Source: the human T2T-CHM13v2.0 reference genome, Homo sapiens
Length of the DNA stretch: 64,000 nucleotides
Assembly (NCBI RefSeq): GCF_009914755.1
Contig: NC_060927.1
Reading direction: 5' to 3' (one strand)
Part shown: one piece after another, positions 47,466-62,635 of the stretch
Position numbering within the stretch: the stretch's first letter is position 1
Layout: each line of letters starts with the position of its first letter
Program-made: the position numbers and the translations under genes
The notes under the pieces: model-generated
The model's database searches: none
Told to the model about the DNA's origin: nothing
What the model saw: only the letters and a program-made list of their open reading frames with translations

Positions 47466-48727
47466 ACTAGATCTATTTTTTTATTTTAGAAGTTGTAGTA
47501 TAAAGATATCTCTAGGTGAACTTTGGAAACAATGTTTCTCTACCTCTTAAATCTCTTATGCAGGATCAAAACATTATAGTAAAATAGCATTATAAACTTA
47601 TGCATAACAAGCAATAACAAGTGAGGTGAAGACAGGTACTCCACAAAAATTCTCACTGTAATTTCTTGGAAATAAGTGTATAGCGTAGGCAAAAGAATAC
47701 AAACTGGACATCTTTCGTATTGCTTCATGACAAGACCTGTTAGAAAAAAACAACAGAGCTATGCAAATCTCAGATACCTATAGCTCATTTTTCCAAATCA
47801 TTGAAAATTCATTTGGCTTCATATGCCTAAAGGAGTTTACAAGTCTGGTGTATCACTGTGTTTTGTTGCTGTAAGTAAAATCCAAGCTACAATTTCCCAA
47901 AAGCCCCAAAATAAACCACACGAGCAAACTAAAAATAAAAATATGCACTTTGGCACGTCACGGGAGAGTTAATTAGAAAAACCATGCTAGCACGCATACT
48001 GGAAAATGGCAAGTCACGGGACTGAACGCTGCCCACAGAAGTGTTCTTGTTTGCTCTACATGGGGCTTTTACATTTTGAATGTCTGTAATTGGAGTATCA
48101 TGTTCCTTGTTTCTCCCGTTAATTACCTGAGTGGCTACTGGATGCATTTGTGTTTGAGATCTGGAGAGAGTTATAAGTAGCTCTCTGCAGAATATATTGG
48201 TCTTATTTTCTAATACAATAAATAGTTGATTCCAAAGGAGGTAGTGTCAACTTCAAGATCTCCAGTAAATTACTTTATCTTTTAATATTTCTTGGAAAAA
48301 AAATATTTCATAATATCTCATGAAATGAACTATTTCTGTTTAATGCCAAATTTGTAATTCTATGATGAACAGTTTCAGAAAAAGTTTGACACATTTCAAA
48401 ATTTAACAGAAACAGTTTGCATGTTACTTTCTTATGTATTAGGTATTGTGCTGATTTGGACCTGTTTACAAGAATTGTTATTATCAATTATCATTAACTT
48501 TAATTCAGTTCATGAGAGTTTGGGAAAACCAGGCCAGATCTTAGACGTACTAAATTCAAAAACTTGAAAATCCACTTTTTCCCCCAAGCTTTCTTGGTGA
48601 ATCTGTTACATGCTAAATCTTGAATACTGCTAAAGTAAAGGGTACATATGGAATACTCACTTATAACCAGTTTTTTAGATATGGTTAATTTATAGAAACT
48701 TAGATCAATCAACAAGTGTATTAAATC

Positions 48728-48905
48728 AATGCTTCTCAAACTTTATTGTGTAATGGAATCACCTGGGGATCTTATTAAAAATTCAGTTTATCATTCAGTA
48801 GGTCTAGGGGGTGGTCTGAATAGCCTGGAGTGTGTTTCTAACAAACTCCCAAGTAAGGCCTTTCATGTTTGTCCACAGACTGCTGTTTCTCACTTTGTTA
48901 GCATA
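48728..48905. mobile_element. MER5-type hAT-Charlie fossil
   Basis: gcttctcaaacttt...gaatcacctggggatcttattaaaa...tcagtaggtctagggggtgg...tttctaacaaactcccaagt. Confidence 0.75.
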
Positions 48906-49475
48906 ACTCTACTTAATGTTTGCATGTTTGATATTTTTATAAATGGAATAGAATGTCTGTATAATTTTTATAGAGTTTGGAGGGATTTGGGGGTGTGGGG
49001 TGACAGTATCATGAAAAAATGCAATATACTTGTCCAAAATGGGGAAAAATAGTTTTACTCTAAAGTTTTTTTTTTTTCTATTACATGCTATGGACAAATG
49101 CGTAATTCCTCTGCATATTAGAGCACTTGAAATATATTCTTTAAAAATATGAAGATATTTATAGGCATTATTCACAAAAGAATTTATGGATGCCCAAGGA
49201 CATAGTACTTAGCACAATCTTTTACAGCTTATATTTTCAGAAGACTTATAGTTTATTCATAGGTTATTATAGAAAAGTGCTCTTGTTTTCATGTGTAATA
49301 TATACAGGTTGGGTTAACTGATGTTGTTTCAGTATTGGTGTTATGAGTTTGTGATATTCTTCATTACCATATCACTACTTGTTAAACATTATTTCTACAT
49401 TTGTATGGCCATCAGTCAATGAAATGAATTACCTATAAGGAAGAGTAAATGTCATTAGGCAATCATGTGGATTTT

Positions 49476-49781
<306 letters not shown>

Positions 49782-51224
49782 AATCATGTGGATTTTATAA
49801 AGCCCAAAATGCAACTTTTATTAGCTGATATTAAATTCTACTATTCAGAAGGTTTACCTTAAAATATTTCAATACCATTGAGATATCCTTTAAATAAGAA
49901 AAGATTCTCCTGTGTTGTTAGTATGCTTGTGGAATGCTTAGGAATAGAGTACTTGATAAACCAAGTTTTTCATTTTGTTTGACTTGGTTTATAATATCTT
50001 CAGTATTTTTGTTTGTTTTGAAAAAGCAACATAGTCAAGTTCAATTTCCTTTAAACGAATAAATTAATACACACACAGTATACAGTTTGCCAAAACTTTT
50101 TACTTTTTGAACCTTTTTCTTAGAGAAAATCAACGTAATTATGTAGATTTTGCTTTTATTTTAAGTCTTGATTTTACTTTTTATGTATTCAATAGGCTAG
50201 ACTGAATAGTTATAGACAATATAATCCTATAAGTTTTGACTTCATCATAATAACCAAATAATTGTTAAAATCAGTCTTAAATAGAGATGATTATTTGAAC
50301 ACCAGAAAAAGTTGGGGTTTTATAAAAGTAATTAGAATAAAGAAAATATGGTGAAAACATTTTATTCTCATTAAGTATATGTGCATTATACATATTATAA
50401 TTCACTGCCTTTGGTGTATAATCAGCCTCTTGATTTATAATGATGGACATTTTTCTTATCTAAAAAAAAAATTCTTTTTTTGTTAACCAGAATGGCTTGG
50501 GGCATTTTAGTTATTGGCCAAAGGTTACTTGAAATGCATCTTTGTTAAGTATAGGTCTTTGTTGCAATGTTGAGAAAAGAAGATGAATATTTGTAATACA
50601 AAAAAATGGCTGCTAAAAAAATCAATAGCCTTACCATATTCTCAGAGGCTCACTACAACACTGTCTGTTACAGAGAGGATTCGTTTAGAGAAGCATGCCT
50701 TAGACAGAGGGCAAGTTTCTTTAGTTAAATGGCTTCATTATAAGACTGCCCCAAGGTATAGGCTCAATAAAAAATACCCTAACAAGGCTCCCATGTAGCT
50801 GTTTCCTTTCAGGAAAGCTAGTCTGCCTGTTAATATTTTAACACATTTTAAAAAATATATTGGACTAAACTAAAAACAAATCTCCAGCTTGACTAAAGTG
50901 CATCATTAAAAAGAAATCCCAGACCCATATGAGCAGGGACCCAAAACACATTGTTTTAGTTCAGTTCTTGTTCTCCAAAAAAATGCTAGAATCACTAGGG
51001 ATGATGTATCGGGACAGGGAAAAGGAGTGTATAAAGGAGTGCAGTTGTGTGGGCAAATCTAAAACCAGCATCCCTCAAGTCTTCACCATTTGATAAGTGG
51101 AACACACATACCAGCAACTTCTGGCCCACTTCCAGATCATATATTATTTAGAAGAACTTAGTTTGTATGTTTTTCTGCCTGAAAACTGAACCAGAAAACC
51201 GCACTGTTCCATTCCATTTTAGGT

Positions 51225-51240
51225 TCTCTCTCTCTCTCTC

Positions 51241-51288
<48 letters not shown>
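51225..51288. repeat. Compound (CT)n(TG)n microsatellite
   Basis: About 9 CT units followed by about 22 TG units. Confidence 0.92.
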
Positions 51289-51289
<1 letters not shown>

Positions 51290-51894
51290 ATGCACATGCT
51301 TGTGTCTGCATTTTTCCTTATTTTTTAAATGTTTATTTGAATGGCTTACTCTCTGCACTGAAGATTTTTATCCTCAGTCTGACAATAGATGAGAGAAGTC
51401 CTTCCACATCCATCATTATTTACTGGGAAGCAATCTACCCTCCCCCAAGGATGCTTGATGTCATTTTTCCCCAAAAAACTTGAGGAAGCCCCTTTAGAGA
51501 AAAAGAGGAAGAAATTTGCTTACAACATGAAACTCATTCACACAGAGACTCTCTGCTCTGTAAAGTGCTTTCCTGTTGAATTTTCCATTCAAATTCCGCA
51601 GTCTTTAAGATAGAGCAAAAAATATTATTGCCATTTTAAAAATGTATAAACTGAGGTCTAGATAAATTAAATGACTAACCAAAAATGATATGCAATTAGG
51701 TAACTGAAAAGAGACTAATAGTTTATTAAATTATATTACTCTATTTGACACACATATTGAATTTATCAGCCTTTTACCTACCAAATGTCTAGTTTATATG
51801 TGAGTGAATGAATGTAATGATTCCTTTGCCAGTAAAAATGCATTTTTAAAAGGGATTTTCCATTAAGCCAGACTTGCTAACAAGATTCATACCA

Positions 51895-52275
<381 letters not shown>

Positions 52276-52569
52276 CTAAGCCAATTAAAGTATCTGATCT
52301 GAAATGTTCATTTTTCCCAGCTCAGTACTATTTAACAGATTACATTTTGTATTATGTCTACATAATATGACCCAGGAAAGAAATACTGAAAAAGGCAAAC
52401 TTGTTGTAAACTTGTACTTTAAGGAAAATGATTAGACTCTTGCACCAGCCTTTGTAACACTGGGAGTTCTTTTTTACAACGTATTGGTAGTTCTGCAGTT
52501 CTTCTATTTTTAAGTAAGGATACATAATGACACTAAGTTCCTAATGAAATTGTACTGTCTCTAAAGTAT

Positions 52570-55235
52570 CTTAAATTGCTATGATTTTACAAATTTACGT
52601 ACACCAAAATTCACTATTCTTACTGCACTGTTCAATGCGTTTTAAAACGTGTAGATTGATATAACCTTCACCACAAACAAAATACAGAACAGTTCCCTCC
52701 CTAGCATAAACTCTTTTGTTCTTTTTTTAGTCACAGCCTCTCCCTACCTGCAACCTCTAGCCACCATTCATCTGTTCTCCCTTTTTATGATTTTGTCTTT
52801 TTCAGAATATCATATAAACAGAATGATACAGTATGTATACTTTCAAGACATTGTTTTGTTAAGCAATAATGCTTTTGCAATTCATCCAAGTTATGTGTAT
52901 CAGTAGTTCAATTTGTTGATCCACTCACCCATGAAAGATATTTGGGTTATTTCTAATTGCTGGTGATTATAAACAATGCTGCTTTATAAATATTTATATA
53001 CAAGTTTTTGTGTGAATTTGTATGAAACAATTTTGTTTTCATTTCTGTATGATAAAAACCCAAGACTGAGATTGCTGCATTATGTAACAACTGTATGTTT
53101 AACTTTACAGGAAGCTGCCTAAGTGTTGTCCAAAATGATTGTGTACCATTTTGCATTCCTAGTAGCAATATATGAGCCAAATGAGATAATTCCAAAAATC
53201 CTTACTAGCACTTGCTAGTATCAGGTTGTGTGTGTGTGCATGTTTTAGCCATTCTAATACACGTGTAGTGGTATCTAATCGTACTTTAAATCTGTATATT
53301 CCGAATGATTTGATTTGAATTCCCTAAAGTTGGGAATATTTTCATGTGCTTATTTTTCATATGTATATCTTCTTTGGTAATGTATCTGTTAAAATTTTTG
53401 GCCCATTTTTTATTAGGTTATTTGTTTTCTTGTCTTTGAGATTTGAGAGTTCTTTCATATTCTAGATATGAGTTCTTTGTCAAATATGTGACTTGCAAAT
53501 ATATTCTTTCAGTCAATAGCTTGTCTTTTCATTGTCTTAACAATGTCTTTCACAGATACTGAAAGATACTAAAACATTTTTGACTTCAAAAGTGAAATAA
53601 TTTTTTTAAGATTGTGTTGTCGGTGTTGTATCAAAGAACTGTACCTAACGTAAAGTCATGAAGAATATGTCTTGTTTTTTCTCTTAATAGTTTGATGGCT
53701 TTTAATTAAGTATATGGTTCGTTTTGAGTTAATTTTTGTATAAGGTGTGGAATATAGCTTGTTTTTTGGCATACAGATGTCCAGTTTTCCCAACGTTATT
53801 TATTGAAGAGACTATTCTTTCTCAATTTGTCCTTGCTACTTTGTAAAAAATTAGTTTTTTACTGTAAAAAACTGGTTTTTATAGGATAGTAAAAACAATC
53901 TTTTACAGTAAAAGCCATTTTTAATAGAAAAAAGTTAATTTTTACCATATTGTGTAGATATATTTCTGGTCTTTCCATTCTGTTCTATTAATCTGTGTGT
54001 CTATCCTTTCTCCAATATCACACTGTCTCGATTGCTGTAGTTTTCTAATAAACCTTAAAATTAGGTAGTTTGAGTGTTCAATTAGGTCAAGGAAGTTGAT
54101 TATATTGTTCAGGTCATCTATATTTTTGTTGATTTTCTGGCTACTTGTCCTACCAATTACTGAGACATGAGTGTTAAGTCTCCAATTGTAATTGCATGGT
54201 TTTCTATTTCTCCTTTCAGTTATATCAGTTTTTGCATCATGCGGTCATTTAAAATAACATTTAAAATGTGTTTCTTGTAGACAGCATTTAGTTTGGTCTG
54301 GTTCTTTATATCAAATTAGACTATCTTTACTTGGTATGTTTGGATCATTTACATATAGTGTTTAATTACTCATATGGTTGAATTTAGATCTACCATTTTA
54401 TTACTTGTTTCCATTTCTACTTTTTTTAATTCCTCTGCTTCCACTTTTTTGTCTTCTTTGAGAATACTTGAATTTTTTCCTACTATTCCATTTCAATTTA
54501 CCTATTGGCTTTTCACTGTTTCTCTGTGGATAATTTTTAGTGATGTCTCTAGGGATTATAACTTAAATTTTTATTCCTGTTAGTATTACTATTTCACTAG
54601 TTCATGCAGAATGTAGAAACCTTATAACTATGTAATTCCCTTACCCTGTCCCCTTATCTGGTTGTTGTTATATGCATTTTATGTATATGCAATGGAGAAA
54701 TCCCATCAGACAGAAATTATAATTTTTGCTTTTAATTGTCATACATATTTTAATGAACTTCAAAGGAGAAACATAGTCTATTATATTTACATAAATATTG
54801 ACCATTTTGGTTGCTCTTCCTTTGTAAAGTTTGGAGTTTTCCTTCTGTTATAATTTCCCTTCTCCCTAGAGAAATTTCTTTAGCATTTCTCTTGGAATGA
54901 GAATACTACTAAGAATATATTTTAGTCTTTTTTTAAATCTTAGAATGTATTTCTTTCACTTTTATTCCTGAAAGATATTTTCAGTGAATATAGAATTCTG
55001 GGTTGATAGTTGTTTAACTTTGGCACTTTAAAAAAGTTGTTTCATTGTCTTCTAGCCTCCATGAATTTTGGTGAGAATTCCACAGTCATTTGAATTGGTG
55101 TGCCATGTATGTAATATGTCATTTGTATCTTTATTCTCTGAAGATTTTGTCTTTGGTCTTCAACACTTTCTTTATGATGTATTTGGGTGACATTTTGGGA
55201 AGCTTTTCATTTTGGGTGAGGTTTTCTTTGAGTTG
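52570..55235 (-). mobile_element. Old L1M (L1MC/MD/ME-type) fragments
   Basis: T-rich antisense L1 blocks (gattgtgtaccattttgcattcc; ttttgagttaatttttgtataaggtgtg; gatattttcagtgaatatagaattctgggttgatag); probably at least two pieces. Confidence 0.7.
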
Positions 55236-55397
55236 ATCCTAAAAAATAATCTCATCAGAGTTCCATATTCAAAGCCTTTGGTCTCCTGTTTAAAGTCAGT
55301 TACATGCATAGCAGTTTAGGGATTGTCCAACACTGTATACTCAACTTTTGGAATCTGTTGATTTTTTTGCAATGGATTTTTTTAAAGTTTTCTAAAC

Positions 55398-55600
55398 TAG
55401 TGATTCTCAAATTTTAGTGTGTACAAGAATAATGTGGAAATCTTGGTAAAATTTAGATTTTGATTAAATAGGTCCAGGGGTCAATAGTGGGATTCTGTAT
55501 TTCTATGAATAGAAATACAGAATTTAGATTTTGATTAAATAGGACCAGGAGTCAATACTGGGATTCTGTATCTCTATGTGTCACACTCTGAGTAGAAAAG
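55398..55600. mobile_element. MER5-type fossil carrying an internal duplication
   Basis: tagtgattctcaaattttagtgtgtacaagaat...cttggtaaaat...gattttgattaaataggtcc...cacactctgagtag. Confidence 0.65.
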
Positions 55601-56952
55601 CTCTAAGTTACTGGTATAAACCTGAACAATATGTCTCACCCATTTTTTCTTAACATAGTTGAAGAAAGTATAATGTCAATATTTCTTGATTTTTATTTAG
55701 TATCATCAGGAATTTATCTGATTCCAAAAAGTAAATTTTTCAGATGTCAGTCTCCCTTTAAGCTTTAACATGCCTCACTTTGACCATTTTTTATGAAAAG
55801 CTTCCCAAAATGTCTTATATTCGTTATTGAGTATTTTTTAATATTCTGAACTTAAAAACCTTTCCAGTAATTACATGTCATCATTATGAGCATCTGTTAT
55901 TGCACCTGCTGTCATGTAAATGTGCACACATGATGACTGAGATGTTCGATGCTGTTTGTTCAAAATGGTGAAAGATCGGTTGCTTGTTGAGTTTTATGCT
56001 TGCTATGTATATATGCAAGCATTTTATTTCCTTTTCTTGGTCTATTTCTTCTTAATTGTCTCTTCTTTTTATGGAATGTATTTCCCTGAACATTTAAATA
56101 TGCTTCTTTATATCTGTGGGCCAGAAGCTCACATACTATGTTAGAATTGGAAATAAGTAAAAGCAATTAGGGCAAAATGCTTTGCATTTTTTTATGGAAA
56201 GAACATGTCATGTAATGCTCAGATTTTCTGACCGATTATTTGTTAATTCAACTTTCTACTTTTACCTTAATGTTAAGATGGTTTTGATTATGCTAGATAC
56301 ATCCTATGTTGTTATAGATTCCATCATAAAATTTCTCCCTAGGAAGAAATAGGAAAATATTAATCTTCTGCCCTTTCATTTAGGATAGTATCTGCACTAT
56401 AAAATAGGAAAATAAGATGCAAGGATTTCTAAACTCAGTTCTCAAAATCTCCAATTTTTGAATAATTATTTGTTTGCTTTTCAAGTATATAGCCATTTCT
56501 AATATTGTTGGATAAAAACATTTTTTACAGGAAATGTAAGTTTTAGATTATCTATGCCTATTTCCAACTGTACACAAATTTTGAGATTTTTTTTTATTTG
56601 TGCAAACATAGAGAACATGATGTTTAGCTCAGCCACTTTGTTTTATGTCTGCCAGCAATGCTATTCTTGAGGGAATGCAGAAGCCTCCATATGCACATAA
56701 AAATAGCTTATAAAAATCTGTCTTATAAAGAAAAAGAGAGATTTCCACAGAAGAATTAGTTTAATTTTTTATTAACTGCTTTGGTTCAAAATATAGAAGA
56801 TAATTTAACTTTAGTAAGCTAAGAACTTAAAACTGGATCATAGTCATGTTGATTTCTGATTTTGGTGAGATAAAGATTTGTGCAAAGTACATTTAATTAA
56901 TAGACAAAACTGACCCAAACCAAAAACATACTGCTCTTGGTCCAAATTCACC

Positions 56953-57306
56953 TTTTTTTATTTTATTTATTTTTTATTTTTTATTTTTTTAAGCAGGGTC
57001 TCAATCTGTCACCCAAGCTGGAGTGCGGTGGTATGATTTTGGCTCTTCCAAGGGCCAAACTACTTCCTGGGCTGAAGCAATCATCCCATCTCGGCTTCCC
57101 TAGTAGCTGGGATCACAAGTGTGCGCCACCATGCGCTGCTAATTTTTTCTTTTCTTTCTTTCTTTTTTTTTTTTTTTTTTTTTTTCTGTAGACACAGGGT
57201 TTTGCCATGTTGCCCATGGTGGTCTCCAACCCTTGGGCTCCAGCAATCTGCACGCCTCGGCCTCCTAAAGTGCTGGGATTACAGGCGTGAGCCACCGTGC
57301 CTGGCC
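56953..57306 (-). mobile_element. AluJ, antisense, with expanded T linker
   Basis: TSD caaattcac at 56943-56951 and 57307-57315. Confidence 0.85.
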
Positions 57307-57689
57307 CAAATTCACTCTTAATTATATATATTAAATATAGATGCATTCTCTTCTCTTTGAAAATTGCAGAATTTTTGTTTCCTTGAGGAAAAGTAAAGTG
57401 GTTATTTGTGACATATGGCATGTCCCAGAAAACGTTTCTTCAGCAGTAATCACAGCTTCTAGCTGATGCAGCAGTTTTTTCCCCTCCTCGAATAGGAGAC
57501 AATGTTTCATCTCTCTTTTCTGGAAGTTTTCTCATAATTCACGCATATATAAAGCTGACATTTGTTCACACAATTGCTCTTTGCTCTGTTATTCAAGGAA
57601 AATTGCTGATGGAGAGATTATCCTTTTATATATGATTGAGTGACTCTCTCTCCTGATATTTTTGTTTAACTATTTTTAACAGATGCCTA

Positions 57690-57905
57690 TGGAAAAAAAT
57701 ATTGGTTTGGGAACGAGATAAAATTGAGTTTAAACCCCAGATTTTCCACTTGCCAGATGTCTGTCCTTGGAGCAAGTTGTTTATTTCCACCTATATATTC
57801 AGATAATACCATCTACTTCATAGAATTATACTAAGTTTTAAATGATATAATGCATATGAAGAATATAAGTACAGCGGTCATTCAGGAAAGGCTACTTATT
57901 ATCAT
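57690..57905. mobile_element. MIR
   Basis: gagtttaaaccccagattttccacttgccagatgtctgtccttggagcaagtt...ataataccatctacttcatagaatt. Confidence 0.6.
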
Positions 57906-59948
57906 TAATGTTACCAGATTTCAGCTCTTTTCAGGCAAATCATTGTTCACGCTTTAACATTTATGAAAATGGAAAGGCCAATTGTGTTTACGATCAGTGG
58001 TGGTCAGGTGGCAGCCATGACTTAGCTGTCATCACCTGTGCATGTTGTAATCTTGTTGCATGACCGTTTCTAACTGTAATCTCTTGTATGTCAGTCTACA
58101 AACCACTTGAGGAAGAATCCTAATGACCATTTGAGGAAGAATTGTAAATCTTAGTCATTGTAAAAAGACCTTCCATTGATTTTTCTATAAGATAAAGTGC
58201 CAGTTTCAAAATGTTCAGAATGTGTGTCAATAGCTTAAAAGAAAGTCCTTGAGACAAAAGTTGGGGCTCTATTTGGGCACAGCTGAATCACCACTGTCCT
58301 TACTAGCATAGAGGGCAATGGAGTGGGCAAAACCAGACAGCAGTCACTGCATGGAGAGTGACTTGGATCTGGACTCTGTGTTTCAGAAATATTATATTTT
58401 GTTTATATTTTTAATTTAAAATATGCATAAGCATTATATAAAATAAAATTTATTTAAATAAGTCTAAAAGACATGTAATGCATTTTGAATGAGTTAAAAA
58501 TAATTATTCTAGTCAATGGTCACAATTTAGCTGACAGTGATTTTCTTCTTTCTTGGTAGCACATAAAACAAAGGAGTATCTAACAATTGATGTCTCAAAT
58601 CAGATGAAATAGTATATTATTCACGACAAGACTTACAAGGAATCATATTTATCAAAGTACATAGCAAGAAGAAACATTATCACCTATAATTTCAAAAAAG
58701 GATTGCTTTTGTTGGCCATGAGACGGGTCATTTTAAAGTTCAAAATCAAAAGGAGAGGAAGTAGGTGGGAGAGTGATGAAGGGAAGAAGGAAGGAGAAAA
58801 GATCCCTGCAAATGGTAATGATTTTCAGCAGAATGACTCTGCGTTACCTGAACAAGACTCAAATTGGTCATGCCTAAATCATGATTTGGAAGTGAACATT
58901 AATGACCGAAATGTGTGTTTGCAGAGTGGGAGGGTGGAAGTATTAATTCTAGTCTACTGTGTCTTTAAAAAAATTATATATTTTATTATACCTTAGTGGA
59001 GTCTCACTTTACACACTACACTTGCTAATTAGAGGTAGTCGTTGAAGAGGCTAATGATTATCAGACTTAAATGGTGGAAGTTCGATTCTGTTATAGAAAA
59101 CGTTTTTCTTTCAATAAAAGTCTTTCCTCAAATAAGATTATTTTAATTAGCTGAATTATAACAATTCCTAGAAGTTATGATGACACAATACTTCCTTAAC
59201 AGAAATCTTTTAATTTTTAATTTCATTGTCTTTACATGGATTAAATTACAGCAGATTTCCAGGGCATTTCGTATGTTATAATGAGGCTGATAGAAGAAAA
59301 TTTAAAATAAATGGTAGATTTAAAAAATCTATTTTCTAATTTAAATTATTCGGAAATATTTATTTGAACCAAATAAAGTAGAATGGATTTTGTTCATTTG
59401 GCTTCTACTTTACTCAGTAATCAGATTTTTTTTTGGTCAATGTATATTATATTAATAAAGCCAAAATTATTTGGCAAGAACTGACATATTCAACTTTTAC
59501 CTGGTCAGGAATTTTAAAAGGGAAAATTATATGCCACAAGATGTCACTGTAATCTTTAAAAACTGATAAGGGTAGTAACCACTTTTATTTCAACATTTAA
59601 AGAAGTTGGGTGAAAAAAAATCCTCACGACAGACACAAAAGCAGATGGTAATATTAGTCTATCCAGATGTACACAAGCGATAAAAAATGCTCCTTAGAAT
59701 GAGCCTCTTGCATTCAGTGGCAACTTTTAGAGAACAGAGTATGAATCTTTCACTTTTTTTGATGTAAATAATCTTCATTTTCATGGCACAGTGCTATCTG
59801 GCCTATTTCTGATTAAGATTCGAAATGGAATAATAATTTTGACTCATTGGAGATAAAAACTCAAGGATAAAGAACCAGTTCTTTATAAACATTCTATAAT
59901 GTCTTTGATGAACACGGAAGATTCCATTGCCAGCCAGAAGGGAGATAA

Positions 59949-60391
<443 letters not shown>

Positions 60392-62234
60392 AGACTAAAT
60401 GTCCTTGTTAACGTCCCTGTTGAAAGTCTTCTGATTCACATCTTATAGTCAAAGCACACAGATTAAAGGAGAATCTATAAACCTCTGTTTTGACTACAGT
60501 GACAAACTGGTGGGAAAAGTGAGTTTATTTGGTTCTTCCAAGATCACTTGTACCACTATTAGAAGAGATAATAGCATACCATTTATTAAAGCTCTTCTAT
60601 GTCTTTGAACATGTAAAATAATGTTATATTCACAATGTTCCTGGGTTTTAGTTACAAGGGGCTAAGTGGTTGGCATACACTGATTTGGAGGAAACTTTCT
60701 TTTTTTTAAGTTTTGCCTCATTTTTCAAATAGAAAGGGCTTAGTGAAACATTTCCAAAAGCAAATATTTTTGACTATGTACTTGAGAGCCTTTGCCACTA
60801 GTAACTTTAATGATCACTTTTCCTTTTACTGGACTTTTCCCCATACTTACTCACTTGACTATTACTAATTTGTCATGCACTAGAAATACATGGATTAAAT
60901 ACAGATCTACCTGCCTCCAGGAGTTCTTAGAATCTAGCTGAAGGAGGCAACTGTATTAGCAGATAATGTTAGGAGAGAAGCTAGTATTGGGTGTAGCCAG
61001 GACATCGAAATAGTGAGTTAACTCAGGAGGCTGGTTAAGGAGGTCTAATTCTATACAAATCCCAAGTAGGAGACAATAAAAATCTTCAGGCAATTATGTT
61101 TTTTCATTTGTTATGCTCATTTATTTCCCTCCTTACTGGAGGAAAACCTGTCAAAACACATGATTTCAGTTTTCTTTTCAGTTTGACAAGTTTACTTAAT
61201 AAGACCAACCATTTCTAATTTGCACAACATTGCTAAAAAGAAAGAAATGTAAGAAATTGCTTACTTGAAGATAAAAACATTTCTAAAGAGATGTTTTCTA
61301 AAATAATACTCATGTGGCTGCATAATTATATTGAATTCCACACTTGTTTGCTTCTGACATAGCTTTTTGCAAAAAGAAGCTTATGTATTGATCTACTAGT
61401 CTGTAACAAAGGAAAAGGTTTAATAAAAATCACTTTAATGGACAACAAAGATGCAGCAAAGCCTGTGAGCCTACCTTAGAGGCTAGAAGTTCTGTCCACA
61501 TTAGTAGAGCATTATTAGGTCCCCAAAACCTAGTCTCTGAAGTTAGGAAAATGATTTCTCACCTCTGGTGAGTCATATCTCTGCCTGCCTGTGGGAAATC
61601 CCAGTATAAGCATAAAAGGTAGACTCCTTGGCCCTGACTTTCAGGCCTGGGTAAAGGCAATTTCTCCAGGTCTGGAACAGAAAAAATTTTTAAGGTTGAA
61701 CGTGGATATTACTCCAGCATGACAGAATTCCTGAGCAGTAGATTTACACCATGCACAGATGTATAAACTGTTTTGGAGTGCTGACATGGCTAGAGATAGG
61801 AATAAGCTTACAGGCCTTAGGCTCCCCTAACCTCAGAGTTCTCACTCCGTGAATGCTACCAGGCCAGTAAACTTGGCAACCTCTATAAGACAGGCAAAGG
61901 AATCCTGCATCCACCCACCCACATCAGGTCTCGTTTATGCCCTTTGCACTGCTTCTTTGCTGTTTGGGAAATAAACGCAAGTACTGGCATCTTAAATTAT
62001 GTCCAAATCACTTCCACACTTACCCTGCAACTCTGATCAGCTTCTTTACTCTGGTTTTGCACCTGCTATAGCTTTCTCTTTAAGTAAAAATTCCAGACTG
62101 TTCAAACAACATATTTTCTTCAGATAACTTTATTTCTTTAATTTAAAAATAATTAGTTTTTAAATAAAAAGGAACTTGACAGTTTATAGAATGAGGAAAA
62201 ATAAGAGTAGACCTTTGGCAAATAAAAAAAAAAG

Positions 62235-62635
62235 CTAACATTCCACCACCAGGTCCCTTTTCACTGGGCACACAGTGGTTACATGTCCTATCTTGCCTTG
62301 CTGTTGGATGCAGCCAAGGAACCAAAGTCTAGCCAAAGGTATGTGAGCAGATATATATATGTCACTTCTCTGTCCTCCAGTTCTTTCTCTCCCATCATCT
62401 GCTGGCTGAGTGCAGCATGTCCAGAGAGACGCCTGGGCCCTAGGATTTGGAAGAACCCCAAGAGGGCAGGAGCCTGGCTCCAAGTTGCCACTTGTAGGAG
62501 AAATGCCCAGAAGAGCCATGGAACCAGGAATACCTAGTTGGCCTGCGCATTAGCAAAACCTACAGCTGGTACAGTTAAGCCACTAAATTTGAGTCTGTTT
62601 GTTTATTATGTCAGTTAGCCTATTTTGACCTTTCC
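62235..62635. mobile_element. Old ERVL/MaLR LTR remnant (LTR33/LTR16/MLT1-like)
   Basis: ccttgctgttggatgcagccaagg...ctagccaaaggtatgtgagcaga...aggagcctggctcc...gttaagccactaaatttgagtctgtttgtt; family uncertain. Confidence 0.45.
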
